A model generated the notes under the pieces. That model was not told the DNA's origin. It worked only from the letters and a program-made list of their open reading frames with translations, and ran no database searches. Below, one piece after another: positions 50,012 to 58,161 of a stretch of DNA of 64,000 bases (position 1 is its first letter; every line of letters begins with the position of its first letter). Origin of the DNA: Candidatus Eiseniibacteriota bacterium (GTDB lineage Bacteria > Eisenbacteria > RBG-16-71-46 > CAVPCR01); NCBI GenBank assembly GCA_963823555.1, contig CAWGMA010000001.1, forward strand, positions 352,001 through 416,000, given 5' to 3'. The position numbers and the translations under genes are program-made.

Positions 50012-51307
50012 ATGGCCCAGCGTCACGTGAGCAAGCGCCTCGGCACCGAGAGCGCTACCCCGGGCTGGCTCCGGGGCTATGTCTTCCTCGGCTCCTCGGT
50101 GCTCATCGCCGGCCTCTTCCTGTACACGCACATGCTCACGGTTCGCCTCGAGCGGCAGGCGCAGACGATGAGTCGCATCCTCGCCGACTTCTGCGCGTCG
50201 ATCACATTCGAAGCCATCGAATCGGAGCGCATGCGCGAGGTCTTTCGCGACGTCATTCACCAGATCGACTTCCCGGTGGTCCTGACCGATCAGGTCGGTC
50301 GGCCCTACGCCTGGAAGGGAATTGGCATTCCGGTGGAGTCCGTCACGCTCGAGATGAGCGAGAAGCTCGATCCCGGCAATCCGCCGGCGTCGGGACCGCT
50401 GGCTGAGATCTTGACCATCACCCGCGAGATGGACCAGAAGAACCCCCCGGTGCCGATGGTGATCGCCGGTTCCGACCAGGTCGTCGGCTATGTGCACTTC
50501 GGGGAGTCGCAGCTCCTGCGCGAGGTGCGCTGGGTCCCCATTGTCGAGATTGCCGCCTTCTTCCTGTTCATCGCGCTCGGGTTTCTCGGTTTCCGTTCGG
50601 CCAAGGTCTCCGAGCAGAGGTTCATCTGGATCGGCATGGCGAAGGAGACGGCGCACCAGCTGGGTACCCCGATCTCATCGCTCCTGGGCTGGCTCGAGGT
50701 GGTCAAGGACCGTGCCCGGCCCGTGTCCGGCGAAGATGTCGTGACCGTGCCGCGATCGCTCTTCGAGCAGACCGTGACCGAGATGCAGGCCGATGTCGAC
50801 CGGCTCAACAAGATCGCCTTTCGCTTCTCGCATGTCGGTTCCGAGCCGAAGCGCAAGGTCCAGGACATCGTGCCCATCGTTGCCGGAACCGTGGCCTACA
50901 TGAAGAAGCGGTTGCCCCGACTCGGTCATGGACCGACGATCGAAGAGCACTACACGCCGGCGTCCGAACTCAACCTGAACGCCGAACTCATCGAGTGGGT
51001 GATCGAGAATCTGCTCAAGAACGCAGTCGATGCCACGGACAAGCCCGACGGTCGGATCGAGGTCGTCGTCGAACGTCGGCGCGACACGGAGACGGTGGAG
51101 GTCCGGATCGGCGATAATGGACGGGGGATGACCCCCGGTGAACAGAGGCGAGTGTTCCAGCCGGGGTTCACGACCAAGCAGCGCGGGTGGGGCCTGGGCC
51201 TGACGCTTGCTAAGCGCATCATCGAGGAATACCATGGCGGCCGGATCTGGGTGAAGGAAAGCCATCCCGGGCGTGGGACCACCATGGCGATCTCGTTCCC
51301 GGTCTGA
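50012..51307 (+). CDS. Two-component sensor histidine kinase
   Basis: Two TM helices; H-box MAKETAHQLGTPISSL; N-box ENLLKNAVDA; DNGRG, FTTKQRGWGLGL. Confidence 0.93.
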   Translation: MAQRHVSKRLGTESATPGWLRGYVFLGSSVLIAGLFLYTHMLTVRLERQAQTMSRILADFCASITFEAIESERMREVFRDVIHQIDFPVVLTDQVGRPYAWKGIGIPVESVTLEMSEKLDPGNPPASGPLAEILTITREMDQKNPPVPMVIAGSDQVVGYVHFGESQLLREVRWVPIVEIAAFFLFIALGFLGFRSAKVSEQRFIWIGMAKETAHQLGTPISSLLGWLEVVKDRARPVSGEDVVTVPRSLFEQTVTEMQADVDRLNKIAFRFSHVGSEPKRKVQDIVPIVAGTVAYMKKRLPRLGHGPTIEEHYTPASELNLNAELIEWVIENLLKNAVDATDKPDGRIEVVVERRRDTETVEVRIGDNGRGMTPGEQRRVFQPGFTTKQRGWGLGLTLAKRIIEEYHGGRIWVKESHPGRGTTMAISFPV

Positions 51308-51454
51308 GGCGGCGGCCCCGGGCGCCGGCCGGGTCGAGAGGGTCGCGGCTCCGCCGGCTGTCTCCGGCGCATCGCGGGCGCCAGGGGATCGATCCCAATA
51401 AAGAGCCTCGGCCGAGCCCCCCCCGGGCCCCTGACGGCAAGAAGACCAAACACC

Positions 51455-53014
51455 ATGCCAGAAACGCGACACATTCTCTGGGCTGATGACGAGATCGATC
51501 TCCTGCGCCCGCATGTTCTGTTCCTCGAGGACAAGGGCTTCAGCATCGAGGCCGTGGCCAACGGCGAGGATGCCGTGAGCGCCTTCTCGGCGCGCCGCTT
51601 CGATGCGGTGCTCCTGGACGAGATGATGCCCGGCATGGGTGGCCTCAAGACCCTGCAGGCGATCAAGGAGATCGATCCTCTCGTGCCGGTCGTCCTCATC
51701 ACCAAGAGCGAGGAAGAGTGGTTGATGGACGAGGCGATCGGCAAGCGGATCTCCGACTATCTGATCAAACCGGTGAACCCCAGCCAGATCTACCTCGCGA
51801 TCAAGCGGCTACTCGAGGGCAAGAAGATCGAAGAAGGTCAGATCACGCGCGACTTCGTCGAGGAATTCGGCCGCATTCGGACCATTGATCGCGGCGGCCT
51901 GGACGTTCAGGGCTGGATCGACCTCCATCACCAGCTGACCCACTGGGACCTCCGTCTCGACCGCCTGCGCGACCTGGGACTGGCTCAGTCGCTCGAGGAC
52001 CTGAAGCGGGAGGCCAACGCCGACTTCGGACGCTTCATCGAGACCCACTACGCCGGCTGGATGTCCTCCGCTGAGCGCCCCGCATTCTCGCCGGACATCG
52101 TTCCGCTCTGGGTACAACCCCATCTCTCGGCCGGTCGCCGGGTCTTCTTGATCGTCATCGATTGCATGCGGGCCGACCAGTGGCTCATGATCGAACCCCT
52201 GCTGGCGCCCTTCTTCGAGATGACGACCGACTACTTCTACTCGATCCTGCCTTCCGCCACGCCCTATTCGCGGAACTCGATCTTCGCCGGACTCTTTCCC
52301 AGCGAGATCGCCGCCGAGTTTCCCGGCATGTGGCAGGAGCGCGAGGGAGGTGACAAGTCGAAGAATCGCTACGAGAAGGAACTCCTCGAAGCGCAGGTCA
52401 AGCGCCTCGGCAATCGCCCGCTCGCGCTCAAGTACGTCAAGGTGTATTCGACCGAAGAGGGACAGGCCCTGGCTCGGCAGGTGGCGAGCTTCTCCGGGCT
52501 CGACCTGGTGGGCATCGTCTTCAACTTCATCGATATTCTCGCCCATGGGCGCAGCGAGTCGGACATCCTGCGGGAACTGGCTCCCGATGAGGCTGGCTTC
52601 CGTTCGCTCATGGGGCCCTGGTTCACTCACTCCGCCCTCTTCGAGGTCTTGAAGGGAATCGCCGCGCAGGACAACTGCGTTGCTGTCATCACCACCGACC
52701 ACGGTTCGGTCATGGGGCGCCGGGCATCGCTGGTCTATGGCGATCGGACGACATCGACCAATCTGCGTTACAAGTACGGGAAGAACCTCGGTTGCGACGT
52801 GAAGCAGGCGCTCCACATCAAGGACCCGGAAGCGTACATGTTGCCTGCAGACTCGCTGAACAAGAACTACATCATTGCCAAGGAAGACTATTACTTCGTC
52901 TATCCGACGAACTTCCACGATTACGAGCGGCAGTATCGCGGCAGCTTTCAGCATGGCGGCATCTCGCTCGAGGAGCTGATCGTGCCGGTTGTCACGCTCA
53001 CGCCGCGACGGTAG
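51455..53014 (+). CDS. porX: PorX-like response regulator (receiver + PglZ/alkaline-phosphatase domain)
   Basis: ILWADDEIDLLRPH, LLDEMMPG, ITKSEEE, YLIKPVNP; PglZ motifs IDCMR.DQW, ILPSATPYSRN, FIDILAHGRSE, TTDHG, FQHGGIS; followed by tsaE. Confidence 0.85.
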   Translation: MPETRHILWADDEIDLLRPHVLFLEDKGFSIEAVANGEDAVSAFSARRFDAVLLDEMMPGMGGLKTLQAIKEIDPLVPVVLITKSEEEWLMDEAIGKRISDYLIKPVNPSQIYLAIKRLLEGKKIEEGQITRDFVEEFGRIRTIDRGGLDVQGWIDLHHQLTHWDLRLDRLRDLGLAQSLEDLKREANADFGRFIETHYAGWMSSAERPAFSPDIVPLWVQPHLSAGRRVFLIVIDCMRADQWLMIEPLLAPFFEMTTDYFYSILPSATPYSRNSIFAGLFPSEIAAEFPGMWQEREGGDKSKNRYEKELLEAQVKRLGNRPLALKYVKVYSTEEGQALARQVASFSGLDLVGIVFNFIDILAHGRSESDILRELAPDEAGFRSLMGPWFTHSALFEVLKGIAAQDNCVAVITTDHGSVMGRRASLVYGDRTTSTNLRYKYGKNLGCDVKQALHIKDPEAYMLPADSLNKNYIIAKEDYYFVYPTNFHDYERQYRGSFQHGGISLEELIVPVVTLTPRR

Positions 53015-53020
53015 GGATGC

Positions 53021-53647
53021 ATGCCGCACGCTGGCGAGTCGTCACTCATCATGGAGCAGGTCACCCACTCGGCCGCCGAGACCGAGCGTCTGGGTCGCGC
53101 CCTGGGGCTGGCCCTGGGGGGCGAGATCGTGGCGCCGGGAAGGCGACCGATCGTGCCGGGCGGGACTCCGGGAGCGTTGGGAGCCGGTACCACGTGGCTC
53201 CTCAGCGGTGAGATGGGGGCGGGGAAGACGGTCCTCATCCGCGGCATCACGCGCGGCCTCGGTGTCCGGGGGCGGATCCGCAGCCCTGGGTTCACGCTGG
53301 TCACCTCCTACCGGGGGACGCTGCCGGTCGTGCATGTCGACCTCTATCGCCTCGAGGACGAGGGGCTGGTGGCCGATCTCGGGCTCCTGGATCTCGTACC
53401 GGACCGTGGGATCCTTCTCATCGAGTGGGGTGAGCGCGCGCAGGGTGCTGTGGACCGGGACCACTTTGTCTTCTGCCTGGAGCACCGCGGCGGGGACCGG
53501 CGCCTGATCCGGCTCGAAGCGCGCGGTCCGCGCTCGGCGGCCGTCGGACGCGAACTGGCCCGAGCCCTGGGCTGGCCCGATGTCGAGGCGGCGCGCGGAA
53601 CGATGACCAAGGGCACTCGATCACAGGAAACGGCCCACCCATGCTAG
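53021..53647 (+). CDS. tsaE: tRNA t6A biosynthesis ATPase TsaE
   Basis: GEMGAGKT, SPGFTL, HVDLYRL, LIEW. The start may be 53051. Confidence 0.9.
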   Translation: MPHAGESSLIMEQVTHSAAETERLGRALGLALGGEIVAPGRRPIVPGGTPGALGAGTTWLLSGEMGAGKTVLIRGITRGLGVRGRIRSPGFTLVTSYRGTLPVVHVDLYRLEDEGLVADLGLLDLVPDRGILLIEWGERAQGAVDRDHFVFCLEHRGGDRRLIRLEARGPRSAAVGRELARALGWPDVEAARGTMTKGTRSQETAHPC

Positions 53648-54339
53648 TGCTTGCGATCGACACCTCGACGGACCGCCTCGGGCTCGCGCTTCGCCGAGAC
53701 GAGACGCCGCTCGGTGAGCTGCACCTCGAGCTGGGCCGGCGGCATGCCGAGAAGATCCTGATCGCACTCGACGGTTTGCTCTCCGATCTCGGTGTTCGCC
53801 CTCGCGATTTGAAGGGCGTCTGCGTCTCTCTCGGCCCGGGCTCCTTCACCGGGCTGCGCATCGGGCTCGCATTCGCCAAGGGCATGGCGGTGGCCACTGG
53901 AGCGCCGCTGGTCGGCGTGCCCACGCTCGACGTCCTGGCCCATGGCGCCGAACCGTGGGTGGGACCGGTCATCGCCTGCCTTGACGCTCGCCGGAACGAA
54001 GTCTACTTTTGCGCCTATCACCTCGGTGCTGGCGGAGCCGAGCGCATGGATGCGGAATACCAGGTCGGATCTCCTGCCGAGGTGGTGGCGCGCTGCCGCG
54101 TGCTCGGGCCACGCGTGCTTGTCGTCGGGACTGGCGCCGAGGCGGTGCGATCGGCGGCGGGTCCCGACGTTCTTGTTGCCCGCCGCGGCTTTGCGCTGCC
54201 GCGAGCCGGTGTGCTCGCTGAGCTCGGGGTGGAGGCCCTGCGCCGCGGCGAGGGCGTTGACCCGGATCATGTCGAGCCGATCTATGTCCGTCGCTCAGAT
54301 GCCGAGATTCGCCGTGGCTCCCTGGCCGGAAGGACTTGA
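53641..54339 (+). CDS. tsaB: tRNA t6A biosynthesis protein TsaB
   Basis: LAIDTST, GPGSFTGLRIG, DARRNEVY, EPIYVR. Confidence 0.94.
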   Translation: MLVLAIDTSTDRLGLALRRDETPLGELHLELGRRHAEKILIALDGLLSDLGVRPRDLKGVCVSLGPGSFTGLRIGLAFAKGMAVATGAPLVGVPTLDVLAHGAEPWVGPVIACLDARRNEVYFCAYHLGAGGAERMDAEYQVGSPAEVVARCRVLGPRVLVVGTGAEAVRSAAGPDVLVARRGFALPRAGVLAELGVEALRRGEGVDPDHVEPIYVRRSDAEIRRGSLAGRT

Positions 54340-54826
54340 GATTGCACCGATGACGGAGTCGATGCTCGGTGACATCCATGCCATCGAGCATCGGTCCTTC
54401 CCTGACCCCTGGCCGCTGCGCTTCTTTCGCGAGGAACTGGCCAAGGTCGACCTGGCCCACGCCCGCGTCGCACTCAAGGACGGGCGTGTTGTGGGTTACC
54501 TCATTGCCTGGTTCATCCTCGATGAGGTCCATCTGGGAAACCTCGCGGTCCACCCCGATTGCCGGCGCCAGGGCATCGGCCGCGCGTTGCTGGAGGAGCT
54601 GATCACCCGCGCCGAGAGGCACGGGTCGAGCTTCATCACTCTCGAGGTGCGCGCCGGGAATCGCGCGGCCATGTCGCTGTATGCGCGCTACTTGTTTCGT
54701 CCGGCAGGGGTGCGGAAGGGTTACTATGCCGGCCGGGAGGACGCGGTCATCATGCTCCGTGAGTTCGGTTCAGAAGGCGGCGCTTCGGCGCCGGTGCCGC
54801 CCGCGGGCGAGGATTCGCTGCCGTAA
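54299..54826 (+). CDS. rimI: Ribosomal-protein-alanine N-acetyltransferase
   Basis: IEHRSFPDPW, NLAVHP..RRQGIG, TLEVRAGN, GVRKGYY...EDAVIM. Start uncertain (54299/54314/54350). Confidence 0.9.
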   Translation: MPRFAVAPWPEGLEIAPMTESMLGDIHAIEHRSFPDPWPLRFFREELAKVDLAHARVALKDGRVVGYLIAWFILDEVHLGNLAVHPDCRRQGIGRALLEELITRAERHGSSFITLEVRAGNRAAMSLYARYLFRPAGVRKGYYAGREDAVIMLREFGSEGGASAPVPPAGEDSLP

Positions 54827-54841
54827 GGAGGCTAGCGCAGC

Positions 54842-55759
54842 ATGTCCTGGTTCAAGAAGACCAACTTCGGCTTCAAAATCCAGCGGCAACGTGAGCGCGA
54901 GACTCCTGACGGACTCTGGCGCAAGTGCGATGGCTGCGGCGAGATCCTCTATAACAAGGATCTCGAGCGCAATCTCCTCGTTTGTTCCAAGTGCGGCCAT
55001 CACTTCCGCATCCGGGCGCGCGAGTACATGCGACTCCTGGCCGATCCGGGCTCCTTCGAGGAGCTGTTCACGGCCATCCAGGCCACCGATCCGCTTGGTT
55101 TCCGTGACACCAAGCGTTACTCGGATCGATTGCGGGAGAACCGCCGTTCGACCGGCCTCACCGAATCGGTGATCACGGGCCGCGCCCGCATCGCCGGTCA
55201 CCCCGTGGCGATCGCGATCATGGACTTCGCCTTCCTTGGTGGCACCCTGGGCTCGGCGACGGGGGAGAAGATCCGCCGCACGATCGGGCTTGCCGCGCAC
55301 GAACGAATGCCTCTGGTCATCGTCTCCACGTCCGGCGGGGCGCGCATGCAGGAGGGCATCCTGTCCCTGATGCAGATGGCGAAGACGTCGGTCGCCCTTG
55401 CCGATCTCGTGGACCGGGGAGTGCCCTACATCTCGATCCTGCTGGATCCCACGACCGCGGGCGTGGCCGCCAGCTTCGCCGCCCTCGGCGACATCATCAT
55501 CGCCGAGCCCGGCGCGATGATCGGTTTCGCCGGGCCGCGGGTCATCCAGCAGACGATCAATCAGGAGTTGCCGCCCGGGTTCCAGCGCGCGGAGTTCGTG
55601 CTCGACCATGGCATGATCGACATGATCGTGCCGCGCCGCGAGATGCGTGATCGAGTCGGGTATCTGATCGATCTCCTGGTCGAGCCGCAGCGCACGCCCG
55701 ACCGGCGGCCCCAGCGCGTGGCGCGCACCGCCGAAGGGGGCGACGGCCGCTCGACATGA
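54842..55759 (+). CDS. accD: Acetyl-CoA carboxylase carboxyltransferase beta subunit
   Basis: MSWF, GLWRKC..C...C..C zinc finger, SGGARMQEG, DPTTAGV, IGFAGPRVI. Confidence 0.96.
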   Translation: MSWFKKTNFGFKIQRQRERETPDGLWRKCDGCGEILYNKDLERNLLVCSKCGHHFRIRAREYMRLLADPGSFEELFTAIQATDPLGFRDTKRYSDRLRENRRSTGLTESVITGRARIAGHPVAIAIMDFAFLGGTLGSATGEKIRRTIGLAAHERMPLVIVSTSGGARMQEGILSLMQMAKTSVALADLVDRGVPYISILLDPTTAGVAASFAALGDIIIAEPGAMIGFAGPRVIQQTINQELPPGFQRAEFVLDHGMIDMIVPRREMRDRVGYLIDLLVEPQRTPDRRPQRVARTAEGGDGRST

Positions 55760-57066
55760 CCGCCGGCTCCGCTTCCACCTCGCGGCGCGACTCCCCGGTG
55801 CGCGTCCTCGAGGACCTGATGGGCCGCGAATGGAGCGGGATGAAGCTCGGGCTCACCCGATTCCGTCCCCTCCTGGCCGCCATCGGCAATCCGGAAGCCC
55901 GGGTCCCAGCCATCCTGGTCGGCGGCACCAACGGCAAGGGGTCGGTGGCCGCCGCTCTGGCCTCGATGCTGAGCGCGGCGGGGTATCGCACCGGTCTCTA
56001 CTCGAGTCCGCACCTCCTGTCGTATCGCGAGCGGGTGCGGGTCGATGGCCGCGCCATCCGTCCGGCCGAGGTCGAGGCGGCGATGGCGATCCTGGCCGCA
56101 CCGATCCAGGTCCATGGCGTGTCGTTCTTCGAGGCCATGACCGCGCTCGCCTTCGTCCACTTCGCTCGGGTGGAGGCCGATGTGGCGGTGCTCGAAGTGG
56201 GTATCGGGGGCACCCTCGATGCCACCAATGTGGTCGATCCGGTCGCGTCCGTCGTGGTCTCGGTCGGTCTCGATCACATGGAGGTGCTGGGGCCCACGAT
56301 CCGGGCGATCGCCCGGGACAAGGCCGGGATCGCCCGTCCTGGCCGCCCTCTCGTGATCGGAGCGCGGGGTGCCGCCCGGGCGGAGCTGGTGGCGGGCGCG
56401 CGGCGCGTGGGGGCCGAACCGCTCCTCATCGGCCAGGATGGTCGCTACCGGCTCGAGGAGCTCCAGGCCGACGGGAGCCGCATGGCCTTCCGCAGCGACG
56501 CTCTCGTTGCGGATCATCTGGCGCTCGGGCTTGCGGGCCGGCATCAAGTGCGGAATGCCGCCTGTGCTCTCCTTGCCTTGGGGGCGCTCCCCGGCTTTCC
56601 CCATGCGGTCGAGGGAGCTCGCCCCGGGCTCGCGCGAGTCCGCTGGCCGGGGCGTCTCGAGCGCGTCGAGCCCTGGCTCCTGATCGACGGTGCCCACAAC
56701 ACGGATGGAGCCCGCGCCCTGGCCGCCCATCTCGAACGCTTCCACGGCGAGCGACGGATCGTGCTCCTGACCGGCATGGTCAAGGGCAAGCGGCCTCGAG
56801 CGTTCGCCCGCGCGCTGGGAGGCCAGGTCGAGGGCGTGGTGGTCACCGAGCCGCAAAGCTCACGGGCCCTGCCGGCCGATTCTGTGGCGGCAAGCTTCCG
56901 CCGCATCTCGGTCCCGACCGCGGTCGAGCCCGACCGGTCCCGTGCTCTCGCGCTGGCCCGGCAGGCAGCTGGCCCCCGCGGCCTTGTCGTCGCCTGCGGC
57001 TCGCTCTATCTCGTCGGGGCCGTGCTCCGCCTCCTCGGCCGGCGTCCTGTCGAGTCGATCTACTAG
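55756..57066 (+). CDS. folC: Folylpolyglutamate synthase/dihydrofolate synthase
   Basis: GTNGKGS, SPHL, LEVGIGG.LDATN, LDH, WPGRLE, DGAHN, GSLYLVG. Confidence 0.95.
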   Translation: MTAGSASTSRRDSPVRVLEDLMGREWSGMKLGLTRFRPLLAAIGNPEARVPAILVGGTNGKGSVAAALASMLSAAGYRTGLYSSPHLLSYRERVRVDGRAIRPAEVEAAMAILAAPIQVHGVSFFEAMTALAFVHFARVEADVAVLEVGIGGTLDATNVVDPVASVVVSVGLDHMEVLGPTIRAIARDKAGIARPGRPLVIGARGAARAELVAGARRVGAEPLLIGQDGRYRLEELQADGSRMAFRSDALVADHLALGLAGRHQVRNAACALLALGALPGFPHAVEGARPGLARVRWPGRLERVEPWLLIDGAHNTDGARALAAHLERFHGERRIVLLTGMVKGKRPRAFARALGGQVEGVVVTEPQSSRALPADSVAASFRRISVPTAVEPDRSRALALARQAAGPRGLVVACGSLYLVGAVLRLLGRRPVESIY

Positions 57067-57089
57067 AGCCCGCGCGCGATATCGCTCTA
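57063..57089. terminator. Inverted repeat between convergent genes
   Basis: CTAGAGC...GCTCTAG; each arm contains one gene's stop codon; no T tract. Confidence 0.3.
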
Positions 57090-57956
57090 GAAGTTGATGA
57101 CGAGCGATGTCGTCAGGTTGGTGTCGAGCTTCTCCTTCTCGACGGTCGAGGTTCCGACCTCCGTGGCCGCCCCCGCGAACGGATCCTGGTCGTAGATCTT
57201 GATCTCCTCGAGCGGCGGGATGTTGCGGTAGAGGATGCGGAAGCCAGCCTTGAGACCGACCTTCTCGGTCATGGCGACGGTGACCCCGTTGTACCAGTCG
57301 GTACGATGGTCCTTGAATTCATCGAAGCTGTCGTTGAACGTGAGCTGGCTCGTGTAGGTTGTGGTCCCGGTGAGCTTGTTTTCGTATCCATAGCCGAGCT
57401 GGAAGCCGGGATAATCCCTGCTCTCCTCGTCGGTGAAATCCTCATAGGTGTAGGTCACGTTGTAGGTGGTGCGGAACTGGACCTTGTTCGAGTCGATCCA
57501 GTTGTTGCCGAGACCGGCTCCGGCGATGTAGCGCTGCTCGATGCCAGCAGGGGGATTGCGCTCAGCATCGAAGGCGACGTTCCAGAACAGTCGCTGCGTG
57601 ATGTCCTTGCCGTACCCGGTCTTGCCGTAGAGCCGGTTGGTGTCGGTCTTACGGGGCGGATCGGTCAGGGTGAAGTTGCCCTCGCCGGGGGTTCCGATCC
57701 CGAAGCGGTCGCCGGAGAAGGACCGGCTGTAGAGGGCACCCACCTCGAGGTAGTACTCCGCGTCAGCCCAGATCCGACGGGTCGTGTTCTTGGCGCCGAG
57801 CGTGGTGGTGTTCGAGTTGCCGCTCGTCGAGACGAAGCTCAGCTCGGCGGCATCGGTCCAGCCGAGCTTCTTCTCCTCGTCCTGGGCGGCTGCTGGCTGA
57901 TCCAGGACCAGGGATCCCAGGGCCAGCGTGATGGCAAGGGCTGTCATGACGCGCAT
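57087..57956 (-). CDS. DUF481-family outer-membrane beta-barrel protein
   Basis: GGAGGAGG RBS then MRVMTALAITLALGSLVLDQPAAA signal; W....ELSFVSTSGNS.TTT; alternating beta pattern; C-terminal TSLVINF. Confidence 0.8.
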   Translation of the reverse strand: MRVMTALAITLALGSLVLDQPAAAQDEEKKLGWTDAAELSFVSTSGNSNTTTLGAKNTTRRIWADAEYYLEVGALYSRSFSGDRFGIGTPGEGNFTLTDPPRKTDTNRLYGKTGYGKDITQRLFWNVAFDAERNPPAGIEQRYIAGAGLGNNWIDSNKVQFRTTYNVTYTYEDFTDEESRDYPGFQLGYGYENKLTGTTTYTSQLTFNDSFDEFKDHRTDWYNGVTVAMTEKVGLKAGFRILYRNIPPLEEIKIYDQDPFAGAATEVGTSTVEKEKLDTNLTTSLVINF

Positions 57957-58161
57957 CTTCATCCTCCTCCGCGGCGGCTGTTGGCGAACCGGGGGCCTGG
58001 AACTCGAAAAATCGGGCCGTAGGTTACCAGACCGAACTTGGCCGGGAGAGATGGAAGGCAAAAATCTACAATGGAAATTCGAGAACCGCCGCGATGGCGG
58101 AAGTCGTAGATGGGTCAAGGGGTTGGCCCGTTGGTCCCGGCGGGCAGGGGAAGGAGGGCCC

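Noticed and set aside
51455..53014. PglZ domain as evidence of a BREX defence system
   Set aside because: It is fused to a receiver domain and followed by tsaE (PorX architecture); no brx or pglX genes are nearby.
55830..58022. 730-aa plus-strand ORF
   Set aside because: Alternative frame of folC joined to the antisense of the DUF481 gene; Arg/Gly/Pro-rich nonsense.
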